The notes beneath the pieces were generated by a model, which was not told the origin of the DNA, made no database searches, and saw only the letters and a list, made by a program, of their open reading frames with translations. This document shows, piece by piece, positions 30,646 to 38,827 of a stretch of DNA of 57,363 nucleotides. A program made the position numbers and the translations under genes. The stretch lies in IMG/VR virus record IMGVR_UViG_3300043466_002831, positions 1 through 57,363 of that record; one strand, given 5' to 3'. Numbering within the stretch: position 1 is the first letter of the stretch; the number at the start of each line of letters is the position of its first letter. Source of the stretch: a virus (taxonomy: Duplodnaviria; Heunggongvirae; Uroviricota; Caudoviricetes).

Positions 30646-30828
30646 ATGAAAAGTACAGTAGTAGAGTTAATACTCACAGGTTGTGTTGGAATGTGGTTAG
30701 GTGCAATGATGATGTATCTAATGATTATTCGACCACTTCATCAAGAAAACGAAGATTTAAAAGAGGTTATTCATCAACAACCAAAGATTGGTTTTTACGA
30801 AGAATTAAAACAAGAAGACTATGAGTGA
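30646..30828 (+). CDS. small membrane protein
   Basis: N-terminal TM helix. Confidence 0.6.
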   Translation: MKSTVVELILTGCVGMWLGAMMMYLMIIRPLHQENEDLKEVIHQQPKIGFYEELKQEDYE

Positions 30829-31099
30829 ACAAGTAAACAATATGCCTGGACATAGAAATCCACCACTACCACCTGAAAGAGAACAAGTGAACCACCCCCA
30901 ACATTACGGTGGACAAGATAATCCATATGAAGCAATTAAAGTAATTGAAGCTTGGGACTTGGATTTCCATCTTGGGAATACCGTTAAGTATGTATCAAGA
31001 GCGGGAAAAAAAGGTACAGATAAAGAACTCCAAGACCTTAACAAGGCTCTTTGGTATTTGAAAAGAAAGATTGAAATTTTAGAAAAAAATGGAAAATAA
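30821..31099 (+). CDS. DUF3310-family protein
   Basis: VNHPQHY, LGNTVKYVSRAGKK, QDLNKALWYL. Confidence 0.9.
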   Translation: MSEQVNNMPGHRNPPLPPEREQVNHPQHYGGQDNPYEAIKVIEAWDLDFHLGNTVKYVSRAGKKGTDKELQDLNKALWYLKRKIEILEKNGK

Positions 31100-31787
31100 T
31101 AATACTCAATTTGATTGGGGTAAAAAAAATGAGTTGCGTATTGATGACGCAGTTAACATGAAATTAGTGTTAGAGAAAGAGATATTTGAAGATAATATCT
31201 ATGAGAGATGTTTTGAGGTTGAGGAAAATGATGTCGTTGTAGATTTAGGTGCATCATTAGGACCTTTCACTTATAGTATTTTACCAAAAAATCCAAAACA
31301 ATGTTATGTTGTTGAACCTTTATCATATCATATTGATATTCTTTATAAAAATGTTGGTAGAGATAATGTTAAAATTATTCAAGGAGCCATTACAGATAAA
31401 AAGAAATTTGAAATTAGTTCAGACGATATAATTGAAAGTGTTCCGACATTTACATTTAAGGAATTTTTAGAAGAGAATGGTATTGAAAAAATTGACTTTT
31501 TAAAATGTGATTGTGAAGGTGGGGAGTATGAAGTATTCCAACTAGATAATGTTGAATTTTTAAAGACAATTCCAAAGATTGTGACTGAATTTCACATGGC
31601 AAATGATGAGAATTTACATCAATGTAAATTCAGATGGTTTAGGGATAATATTTTAACTAAATTTGATAATGTACAAGTTTATTCTATCGATGGAGTTAAT
31701 ATAAAATGGGATTTGTGGAACGAACATTTTATTCAATATTATACTGAAGTGTTAATTTACATTGACAATAGAAAAAATATACAATAA
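31089..31787 (+). CDS. FkbM-family methyltransferase
   Basis: VVVDLGASLG, VVEP, IDFLKCDCEGGEY. Confidence 0.85.
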   Translation: MENNNTQFDWGKKNELRIDDAVNMKLVLEKEIFEDNIYERCFEVEENDVVVDLGASLGPFTYSILPKNPKQCYVVEPLSYHIDILYKNVGRDNVKIIQGAITDKKKFEISSDDIIESVPTFTFKEFLEENGIEKIDFLKCDCEGGEYEVFQLDNVEFLKTIPKIVTEFHMANDENLHQCKFRWFRDNILTKFDNVQVYSIDGVNIKWDLWNEHFIQYYTEVLIYIDNRKNIQ

Positions 31788-31796
31788 GAACAAACT

Positions 31797-31886
31797 ATGA
31801 AAAAAATATATTGGTTTTTTTGGTGGGTGTGGAATTATCCTGAAATAGTTTGGATGAAAATTAAATCAAAATTTAAAAGTAACTAA
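31797..31886 (+). CDS. Trp-rich 29-aa peptide (not in track)
   Basis: MKKIYWFFWWVWNYPEIVWMKIKSKFKSN* fills the intergenic gap. Confidence 0.45.
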   Translation: MKKIYWFFWWVWNYPEIVWMKIKSKFKSN

Positions 31887-31888
31887 AC

Positions 31889-32074
31889 ATGGATAGAAGA
31901 GAAAGACAATTAGAAGAAAGACTTCGTCATTTGGAGATTGAAGTCAAAATGGAACGTGAGTGGAATCAAATTCCCGAATCATTAAAACCAACATCAAAAG
32001 GTCGATGGGACCAAATGGCAGGAGAACTTAAAGCTCAAGAAAGTAGAAGATTGGGTTGGCCTAAAAATTATTAA
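31889..32074 (+). CDS. hypothetical protein
   Basis: 61-aa ORF. Confidence 0.65.
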   Translation: MDRRERQLEERLRHLEIEVKMEREWNQIPESLKPTSKGRWDQMAGELKAQESRRLGWPKNY

Positions 32075-32077
32075 ATT

Positions 32078-32515
32078 ATGAAAACAAAAGTGTACTCAGC
32101 ATTCCCTGGTGTAGGGAAAACAACTTACTTTAACACCACAGATAGAAACGTATTGGATAGTGATAGTTCAAAGTTCGATAAGAAACTTTTTCCTGACAAT
32201 TACATCCAACATATTGAAAGAAATATTCAAGACCCAAAGGTTGATAAGATTTTGGTATCATCACATAAAGATGTGAGAGATGCCCTATTGAAGAGAGGAA
32301 TCCCATTCGTATTGGTATATCCTAATAGAGATATTAAAGATGAATATATCCAACGATATAAAGATAGAGGGAACAACGATGCGTTTGTTGACTTATTGGA
32401 AAAAAATTGGGATACTTGGATGGACGAGATGGATGGAATGGAAGCTCCAAAAGGTCAAACATTATATAAAGTTAAATTAGGTCCAGGTCAGTACCTAACT
32501 GACGTAATCGATTAA
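32078..32515 (+). CDS. P-loop kinase-like protein
   Basis: SAFPGVGKT Walker A. Confidence 0.75.
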   Translation: MKTKVYSAFPGVGKTTYFNTTDRNVLDSDSSKFDKKLFPDNYIQHIERNIQDPKVDKILVSSHKDVRDALLKRGIPFVLVYPNRDIKDEYIQRYKDRGNNDAFVDLLEKNWDTWMDEMDGMEAPKGQTLYKVKLGPGQYLTDVID

Positions 32516-32516
32516 G

Positions 32517-33368
32517 ATGATAGAAACAGGAAAAATATTAAACGGAGATTGTATTGAGGTGATGAAGACATTACCTGAGGGTTGTGTTGATTTGGTTGTA
32601 ACGTCTCCACCATACAACGTAGGGATTGACTATGATAGTCATAATGACCGTATGAGTATGGAAGATTATTGGGAGTTTACCCGACAGTGGTTAACCGAAG
32701 CGTACAATCGATTAAAAGACGATGGTCGTATTGCGGTAAACATTCCATACGAAGTAAACGTACAGGACAGAGGTGGACGAGTATTGTTCATGTCAGAGTT
32801 TTGGACCATCATGAAACAAGTTGGATTTAAGTTCTATGGACTTGTTGACCTTGATGAAAATTCGCCACACAGAAGTAAGACCACGGCTTGGGGTTCATGG
32901 ATGAGTCCGTCAAGTCCTTACATCTACAACCCAAAGGAATGTGTTATCTTGGCTTACAAGAAAGACCGTATCAAGAAAATTAAGGGTGAACCTCAATGGA
33001 AAGCGGATATGGTTGACATGGAACAGGAGGATGGTACCGTAAAAACCAAAGCAGTATATCAGGATGAAGATAAGAAAGAATTTATGTCTTTGGTTTATGG
33101 TCAGTGGGAATACTTTGCGGACACCAAACAACAAACTAAGGCAACCTTTTCAATGGATATCCCAATGAAAGCGATTAAGATTCTTACCTATAAGAACGAT
33201 GTCGTTCTTGACCCTTTTGCTGGTAGCGGAACTAGTTTGGTTGCAGCTGAGATTAGTGGAAGACGATGGATTGGAATTGAATTGAGTGAAAACTACAGTA
33301 AAGTTGCGAAAGAACGAGTTCAACATTTTGTCGACCAAAATAAACAAATGGAAATGGAATTTAAATAA
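32517..33368 (+). CDS. DNA N4-C/N6-A methyltransferase (beta class)
   Basis: TSPPY precedes DPFAGSGTS. Confidence 0.92.
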   Translation: MIETGKILNGDCIEVMKTLPEGCVDLVVTSPPYNVGIDYDSHNDRMSMEDYWEFTRQWLTEAYNRLKDDGRIAVNIPYEVNVQDRGGRVLFMSEFWTIMKQVGFKFYGLVDLDENSPHRSKTTAWGSWMSPSSPYIYNPKECVILAYKKDRIKKIKGEPQWKADMVDMEQEDGTVKTKAVYQDEDKKEFMSLVYGQWEYFADTKQQTKATFSMDIPMKAIKILTYKNDVVLDPFAGSGTSLVAAEISGRRWIGIELSENYSKVAKERVQHFVDQNKQMEMEFK

Positions 33369-33396
33369 AAGGGTTTAACAACCCTTTTTTTTGTTT
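33368..33396 (+). terminator. intrinsic terminator
   Basis: AAAGGGTT-TAAC-AACCCTTT plus T-run. Confidence 0.7.
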
Positions 33397-33425
33397 TATG
33401 GATATTTATTAATAAATCATTTTTA

Positions 33426-34469
33426 ATGGCGTCAATAATAATAACCGAAAAACAACTTGAGTTGATTGTGAAAGAACAAAAATCACAAGGAACTGAATTA
33501 CTTCAAGAAGCGGAGTGGTATAATACTGTTGGAGATATTTTAGGTATTGTTGACCCTACACCTACAATTGATATCATTAATGGAATATCTTATTTTTCAC
33601 AAGGAGACCATCTTTTTGGTTTATTAAGTTTAATATCTGCAATACCATATGCTGGTGATGCGGTTGGAAAAACTATTATGGGTTCCTTAAAAATTGGTGG
33701 TGGAGCAACTAAAGGATTATCTGCGGCTATGAAATTAGCTAAAGCAGGTAAAACTGCCGAAGCTAGTGTTGCTTTGGCTAAATTGGCAGAAAAACCTGGT
33801 ATGGTTGGTAGATTTTTACAAGGAGCTAAATCATGGGCACCAAAGGCTGCCTCATATGTTGAAAAAATGCCTGGAGGACTATTGAAAGGTTTTAAGAATA
33901 CAATATTGGATTATTTGAAATTACTTGAAAACGCTGGTGCAAAGAGTCTTAAGTTCCAAAAAAATGTTGGGAACCTCTCAAAATATATTGGACTTGCAGC
34001 AAAACCTGCAGAAAATATCAAAGCCTTACAATCTATGTTAAAGAATGAAAAGATAATGACAGGTTTAACTAAAAAAGGACCAATGGCTAAAATCTTTCTT
34101 GGTGGAGCACCAAGACTATTCGGTAACAGAGAAATGAGAATACTAATGAGAAGAACTAAATTTTGGTTAGGTTTCTTAGATTATATTAATGTTGGAAATT
34201 TTGTGGGACCTGAAGAACTATCTAAAAAAATGGGACAAGCAAATATTCAAAATAAAATGGCGGAATATGCAAGAACACCTCAAGGTATAAGAAATGCTGA
34301 GGCGGATTTTGGTAACGCTCAATATCAAGGTGATACACCATCACAATCAAGTTCAGGTAGTTCAAGTATGGATATGCCAAGTTCATCATCACAATCAGAC
34401 CCGATTCAAGGATTCATGTCCGATATATTTGGAGGACAATTAAAAAATGCAGCTATGTTGGCAATATAA
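33426..34469 (+). CDS. G/A/K-rich protein with hydrophobic hairpin (ejected/virion candidate)
   Basis: ITEKQLELIVKEQ N-terminus; DIINGISYF...GLLSLISAIPYAGD segment. Confidence 0.65.
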   Translation: MASIIITEKQLELIVKEQKSQGTELLQEAEWYNTVGDILGIVDPTPTIDIINGISYFSQGDHLFGLLSLISAIPYAGDAVGKTIMGSLKIGGGATKGLSAAMKLAKAGKTAEASVALAKLAEKPGMVGRFLQGAKSWAPKAASYVEKMPGGLLKGFKNTILDYLKLLENAGAKSLKFQKNVGNLSKYIGLAAKPAENIKALQSMLKNEKIMTGLTKKGPMAKIFLGGAPRLFGNREMRILMRRTKFWLGFLDYINVGNFVGPEELSKKMGQANIQNKMAEYARTPQGIRNAEADFGNAQYQGDTPSQSSSGSSSMDMPSSSSQSDPIQGFMSDIFGGQLKNAAMLAI

Positions 34470-34479
34470 TTATATTATT

Positions 34480-34851
34480 ATGAAAGAAGAAATTATTATA
34501 AAATTAGTACAAATTCAAACACAATTTAGATTTGTGCATTGGCAAACTACTTATGATGCCAAACATAGGGCGTATGGTAAAGTTTACGATAAGATGGGAG
34601 ACTTAATAGACGATTTTGTTGAGGCTATGATGGGTAAATATGGAAGACCTGTGTTCGATAGCGAATTCGGAATAATGTTCCAAGATTTAGAGTCAATGAA
34701 ATTACAGAACTTCATTGATGGTACTTGTGAATTTTTAATTTCACTAACAGAGCAATTGAATCCCACTATGGATACTGATTTATTAAATTTACGAGATGAA
34801 ATGTTACTTTTAATAAATAAATTAAAATACTTATTAACACTAAAATACTAA
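34480..34851 (+). CDS. ferritin/Dps-like protein (DUF5856-like)
   Basis: HWQT...HRAYG..YD...DLIDDFVE; LLNLRDEM. Confidence 0.75.
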   Translation: MKEEIIIKLVQIQTQFRFVHWQTTYDAKHRAYGKVYDKMGDLIDDFVEAMMGKYGRPVFDSEFGIMFQDLESMKLQNFIDGTCEFLISLTEQLNPTMDTDLLNLRDEMLLLINKLKYLLTLKY

Positions 34852-35216
34852 TGGCGAAGAAAATTATAAAATTAACCGAATCAGATTTAACAAGAATCGT
34901 TAAACGAGTTATTGCCGAACAAGAAGAAGGTGATTATAAAAGGGGTATTCAATGTTTCCTTAATAAAAGAGGGATTAAAGATGACTCAGGTCAATCATTA
35001 AAAATTGATGGTAGTATTGGTAATTATCCAAATTCTAAAAGTGCTCAGGCAATACATAGTTATCAATCCAAAATTGGTGTATATCCTGCTGACGGAGTTT
35101 GGGGAGAAGATACAATGAGAAAGATGCCAAATAAGGATAAAGAAATGTTCAAACAATGTGTTTCTGATTACGGTGATATCTTTGATAAAGGTGCTCACTG
35201 GCTTGGACTCGATTAA
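34851..35216 (+). CDS. peptidoglycan-binding domain protein
   Basis: LKIDGSIG, AIHSYQSKIG, ADGVWGEDT. Confidence 0.7.
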   Translation: MAKKIIKLTESDLTRIVKRVIAEQEEGDYKRGIQCFLNKRGIKDDSGQSLKIDGSIGNYPNSKSAQAIHSYQSKIGVYPADGVWGEDTMRKMPNKDKEMFKQCVSDYGDIFDKGAHWLGLD

Positions 35217-35218
35217 GG

Positions 35219-36616
35219 ATGAAAAAAATACTCAAAGAGACAGGATTAAGAGATATTAATGCCTTGGCTAAAAGATACCCAAAGGCGGAAATATACTTCC
35301 ACCAAGATTTGGATGGAGTGACGACTGCAATCGCGATGAAAAGGTACCTTGAAGACAATGGTATTGATGTAGTAGGTGCTCACATAATCCAATACGGTGA
35401 CAAAGAATTCTCAGTTAAAAAGAACGATGCACAGGGAGACGTGATGCCAGTTCTTGTGGACTTTGCTCACGGTAAGCCAATGTTCGTAATTCATACTGAC
35501 CACCACGACAAACAAGTTGGTGTGGAAAAAGGAACTTCAAAACAATTTAGAGGTGCACGTTCAAATGTCGAAACTATTTCTCAAGTAGTTTCTCCAAAAG
35601 ATTTATTCCCATCTTCAGATATCTTATTAATCAATACTGTTGATTCTGCCGATTATGCTAAACATGACATTACACCTGATGAGGTGGTTAATTACATTTA
35701 TCGTTTAGATAAAGACAAACCACTCCAAAAAAACAAAATGTTATTAGGTTTGGTTATTAACAAGTTATTGTTGGCGTTTAAAAACAAACCAGGGTTTTTA
35801 GAATCTTTAGTGATGGATTCAGAACCTTCTTTAATGTCTATCTTAAATAATATTAAAGATTGGATGAAAAGAACAAACGCGGCAACTCCTGAAGAAATGC
35901 AGAAAAACGCTGAGGGATATAAAGAAAGTATGAAGAATTATCCAAGAGTCAGTGATAGTATCATTTTCCAATATGGTGGTGGTAGTATGTTCAAACCTGG
36001 TTCTTATGATAGATATACACCATTTAGAAACAATCCTGATGCCGATTTTCTTATCATGGCTTGGCCAATGGGATTAGTTCAAGCATCTTGTAACCCATTC
36101 AAAAAAGAAAGAGAGTTAAAAGGTGTTAACTTGGGTGAAATAGCTCAAGAAGTTGTGGGTAAATGGGAAGACCAATTAAAACAAAGAACAATTCCTTTAT
36201 CAACTATTAAATGGGTAAGTGAAACCTCTGTTGGTCCTGAAAGTATTGGGTTCACATTCAAAGATTTCGAAGCGTTGTATGGGGATAAGTTTACAACTAT
36301 GGAAGGTGGTGAAAAAGTATTGAACCACATTCACGATATGATGGAAACACCATTCAAAGATTTAACTGAAGAACACAAAGAGATGTTAGATAAAATTGGG
36401 ATTAACGCTTGGGATTTAATTCAATCAAATTCAGGTGGACACAAATGTATCACAAACATTTCAGGTTTAAATTATTTAGGTAGAGGTAAAAGACCACCTC
36501 AAGGACAATACAGATATGATTCTGAAAAAGATGACTCACCTTCAGTTAAGTTTACGAAGATGATTGCAAATGAGTTTGAAAAGAAACTTAAAGAAAAGAT
36601 TGCCGAATCAAAATAA
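35219..36616 (+). CDS. DHH-family phosphoesterase
   Basis: FHQDLDG, VDFA, HTDHH, SGGH. Confidence 0.75.
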   Translation: MKKILKETGLRDINALAKRYPKAEIYFHQDLDGVTTAIAMKRYLEDNGIDVVGAHIIQYGDKEFSVKKNDAQGDVMPVLVDFAHGKPMFVIHTDHHDKQVGVEKGTSKQFRGARSNVETISQVVSPKDLFPSSDILLINTVDSADYAKHDITPDEVVNYIYRLDKDKPLQKNKMLLGLVINKLLLAFKNKPGFLESLVMDSEPSLMSILNNIKDWMKRTNAATPEEMQKNAEGYKESMKNYPRVSDSIIFQYGGGSMFKPGSYDRYTPFRNNPDADFLIMAWPMGLVQASCNPFKKERELKGVNLGEIAQEVVGKWEDQLKQRTIPLSTIKWVSETSVGPESIGFTFKDFEALYGDKFTTMEGGEKVLNHIHDMMETPFKDLTEEHKEMLDKIGINAWDLIQSNSGGHKCITNISGLNYLGRGKRPPQGQYRYDSEKDDSPSVKFTKMIANEFEKKLKEKIAESK

Positions 36617-36955
36617 GTACTCAATAGTATCACCAGCTTCGATACCTAAATAATCACAGGTACCACCTTCAAGTTCCAATACTATATTTCCATTTCCACC
36701 GTAACTAGGACATTCATTTCCACGACATGGAGGACAGTCGTGATGAATATTTACAATTACATTATTTCTAATGATTATGATATCCAATGGGATGATACAG
36801 TTTTTCATCCAAAAAGATTGTTTATCACCACCCATCAAAAATAGTAAACCATCAAAAGTAGAATCAAACCTTTTACCCATCATTCCGATTGCTTTTGATT
36901 TTCGGTCTATTAAAGTTTTAACATTAAATATATTGTCGTTGATTCTAACTTGCAT
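36608..36955 (-). CDS. DUF192-family protein
   Basis: GMM..., FWMKNCIIPLDII, VLELEGG. Confidence 0.9.
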   Translation of the reverse strand: MQVRINDNIFNVKTLIDRKSKAIGMMGKRFDSTFDGLLFLMGGDKQSFWMKNCIIPLDIIIIRNNVIVNIHHDCPPCRGNECPSYGGNGNIVLELEGGTCDYLGIEAGDTIEYLF

Positions 36956-37242
36956 ATCTATAAATACAAATAATAGTGGAATATGACTTATTTTAAACTT
37001 TTTTATAAAAAAATTTGACTTTTATTAAGTAATGTAGTACTTTTGTAAGTGTTGGAGATATTTATAGTTTCAGTCAGAAATGACGGACATCCCCAAAAAG
37101 TTTCATAATATATATTTGACAAGATGAGAATTTTGTTTTAACTTTGTGAAACAATTGAGATGAGAGTCTCAAAAAAAAATGTCCCACAGGCATTTGATTA
37201 TTCGAAAAAATAGTTTTATCTTTGTGGGACATTACTTTGAAA

Positions 37243-37253
37243 GTTCTTTAACA
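37243..37253 (+). promoter_or_regulatory. boxA-like antitermination element
   Basis: GTTCTTTAACA versus rrn boxA GCTCTTTAACA; second copy GTTCTTTGAA at 37414. Confidence 0.6.
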
Positions 37254-37263
37254 TAAAATATAT

Positions 37264-37337
37264 CGCGAGGTAGTAGCAGTGGTCAGCTCGTCAGGCTCAT
37301 AACCTGAAGGTCGGAGGTTCGAATCCTTCTCTCGCTA
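37264..37337 (+). tRNA. tRNA-Met(CAT), initiator-like; CCA not encoded
   Basis: CGCGAGG/TCTCGCT acceptor with unpaired C1, anticodon arm TCAGG-CTCATAA-CCTGA, T-arm GGAGG-TTCGAAT-CCTTC. Confidence 0.95.
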
Positions 37338-37400
37338 CTAAACAAAAAAAAGTTTACAAAAGATTTGGAAAATCGAAAAAGTATACTTATCTTTGTAAAA

Positions 37401-38330
37401 CAATTAAGAAAACGTTCTTTGAATTAAAGATATTATCCGTTCAGGAAACACAAAAGTGTCGGTGATATTATCCACCGAGTAAATGGCAGAAAGTCCGCAG
37501 CTTGAGTGTAACTGATAAAGATATTGGGCGGTCTATAGTCCATAAAATAAACCATGAAAGTGGTATAAAGTGAATCATTTGGTTAAGTGGTTTGCGGCTT
37601 TCGAAAGAGAGCTCGAGTAGACAAGCGAGATATCGTTAGACCTTGAGTACCGAGGGTGACACTGTAGGGAAACTGGTTTGATGACCAAGCGATGTGGGTC
37701 GTTTGGTTGAGATGGGAACATCAATAAGAATAACTCGTAGAATTATTACAAGACATACGGTCATCCAACCGTACAATTGTGTGATTCATTACAAGAGTGG
37801 GTTTAAAACCGAAAGGTAAGAGGTCGTACAGGTGGTGCTGTTGTCTCCTTCTTAATTTCTCTACCAAGAGAGTTAGGATGAAACAAACTTGAAGTATGAA
37901 GATAGGGATATCTTAGGGAGTAGTTAAGTATCGTGTCGTTCAAAAGATGACATGGCTTGGTCGGCGAACCGCTACTTTCATCATCCACAACCGCAAACTT
38001 TGTTAATTAAGGTTTAACAACTAAAAGATACAAGGAAAAGCGTTCGCCAGTCGTGATTGACAGGTCACTACATAGTCATGAGATGTTCATGGCCGTAAAG
38101 GGTCCCAAGCCCAATACGATTGTTGTGAAAGTTCTCTAAGTCCGCAAGACCGAATCAGGGTGGCAACCTTGAAGAGCAACGAGTAAAAACAGAGTAGATT
38201 ACGACTTAAGGATTGGTTAATCTAATTGACCGTGACTGAGAATTACTATTCAAAAGATAGTGGAAATCGGAGGAAAAAATAATCTCCTGTAAAGATTCTC
38301 ATACGAAGGTGTATTCTCAACCTGAAGCCA
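37401..38330 (+). ncRNA. giant structured ncRNA, GOLLD-like
   Basis: no credible ORF; own promoter and terminator; many helices; size and tRNA-adjacent phage context match GOLLD RNA; boundaries approximate. Confidence 0.7.
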
Positions 38331-38332
38331 AG

Positions 38333-38367
38333 AACCCCGACAAGAAATTGTTGGGGTTTTTTGTTTT
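38333..38367 (+). terminator. intrinsic terminator ending the large ncRNA
   Basis: AACCCCGACAA-GAAA-TTGTTGGGGTT plus T-run. Confidence 0.85.
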
Positions 38368-38396
38368 ATATCATTTTTTGTATTATCTTTGTTCCC

Positions 38397-38822
38397 ATGA
38401 AAGAGGGAGTCAACATAGTGAACAGAAGAGCGAAGCACGAATACGAGTTCTTGGACACGTATCAAGCGGGTATGGTCTTGACTGGTGTTGAGGTTAAATT
38501 CATTCGTGATGGTAAGTTATCTTTTGTTGATTCTTATTGTATGTTCCATGATGGTGAGTTGTTTATGAAAAATGTATCCATCTCTGGTATTGGTACAGAC
38601 AATATCAAAAGAGACCGTAAGTTGTTACTCAGGAAACGTGAATTGGTTAAACTTCAAAAGAGTTTGGACAAAGGTTTGAGTATTATCCCTTACCGTATTT
38701 ACCAAAAGAAAAACACCCTCAAGGTTGATATCGTTCTTGCTCGTGGTAAAAAATTACATGACAAGAGACAGACCTTGAAGGAAAAGGATATTCAAAAAGA
38801 AATAAGTAGAACATTAAAATAA
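38397..38822 (+). CDS. smpB: SsrA-binding protein SmpB
   Basis: NRRAKHEY, AGMVLTGVEVK, RDRKLLL, LARGKKLHDKR; start moved to 38397, own promoter 38360-38391. Confidence 0.92.
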   Translation: MKEGVNIVNRRAKHEYEFLDTYQAGMVLTGVEVKFIRDGKLSFVDSYCMFHDGELFMKNVSISGIGTDNIKRDRKLLLRKRELVKLQKSLDKGLSIIPYRIYQKKNTLKVDIVLARGKKLHDKRQTLKEKDIQKEISRTLK

Positions 38823-38827
38823 AAATT

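Larger units (their letters stand above)
37014..37395 (+). promoter_or_regulatory. four tandem Bacteroidota -33/-7 promoters
   Basis: TTTG/-7 pairs 37014/37038 (TACTTTTG), 37115/37139 (TAACTTTG), 37193/37217 (TATCTTTG), 37364/37388 (TATCTTTG); all spacers 20 nt. Confidence 0.8.

Noticed and set aside
37803-37988. Minus-strand 61-aa ORF, and ORFs 38250-38465(-) and 38309-38491(+)
   Set aside because: Atypical composition; they overlap the structured RNA, terminator or smpB; chance ORFs
37401-38330. tmRNA or group I/II intron as the identity of the large ncRNA
   Set aside because: No tRNA-like acceptor/T-arm ends or CCA, and no tag ORF; it is not interrupting a gene and has its own promoter and terminator
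38361-38396. Longer SmpB start (MFYIIFC...) and long N-extensions of track ORFs 26397, 42453 and 5028
   Set aside because: The extensions run through promoters, terminators or other genes; downstream ATGs fit homology and promoter spacing
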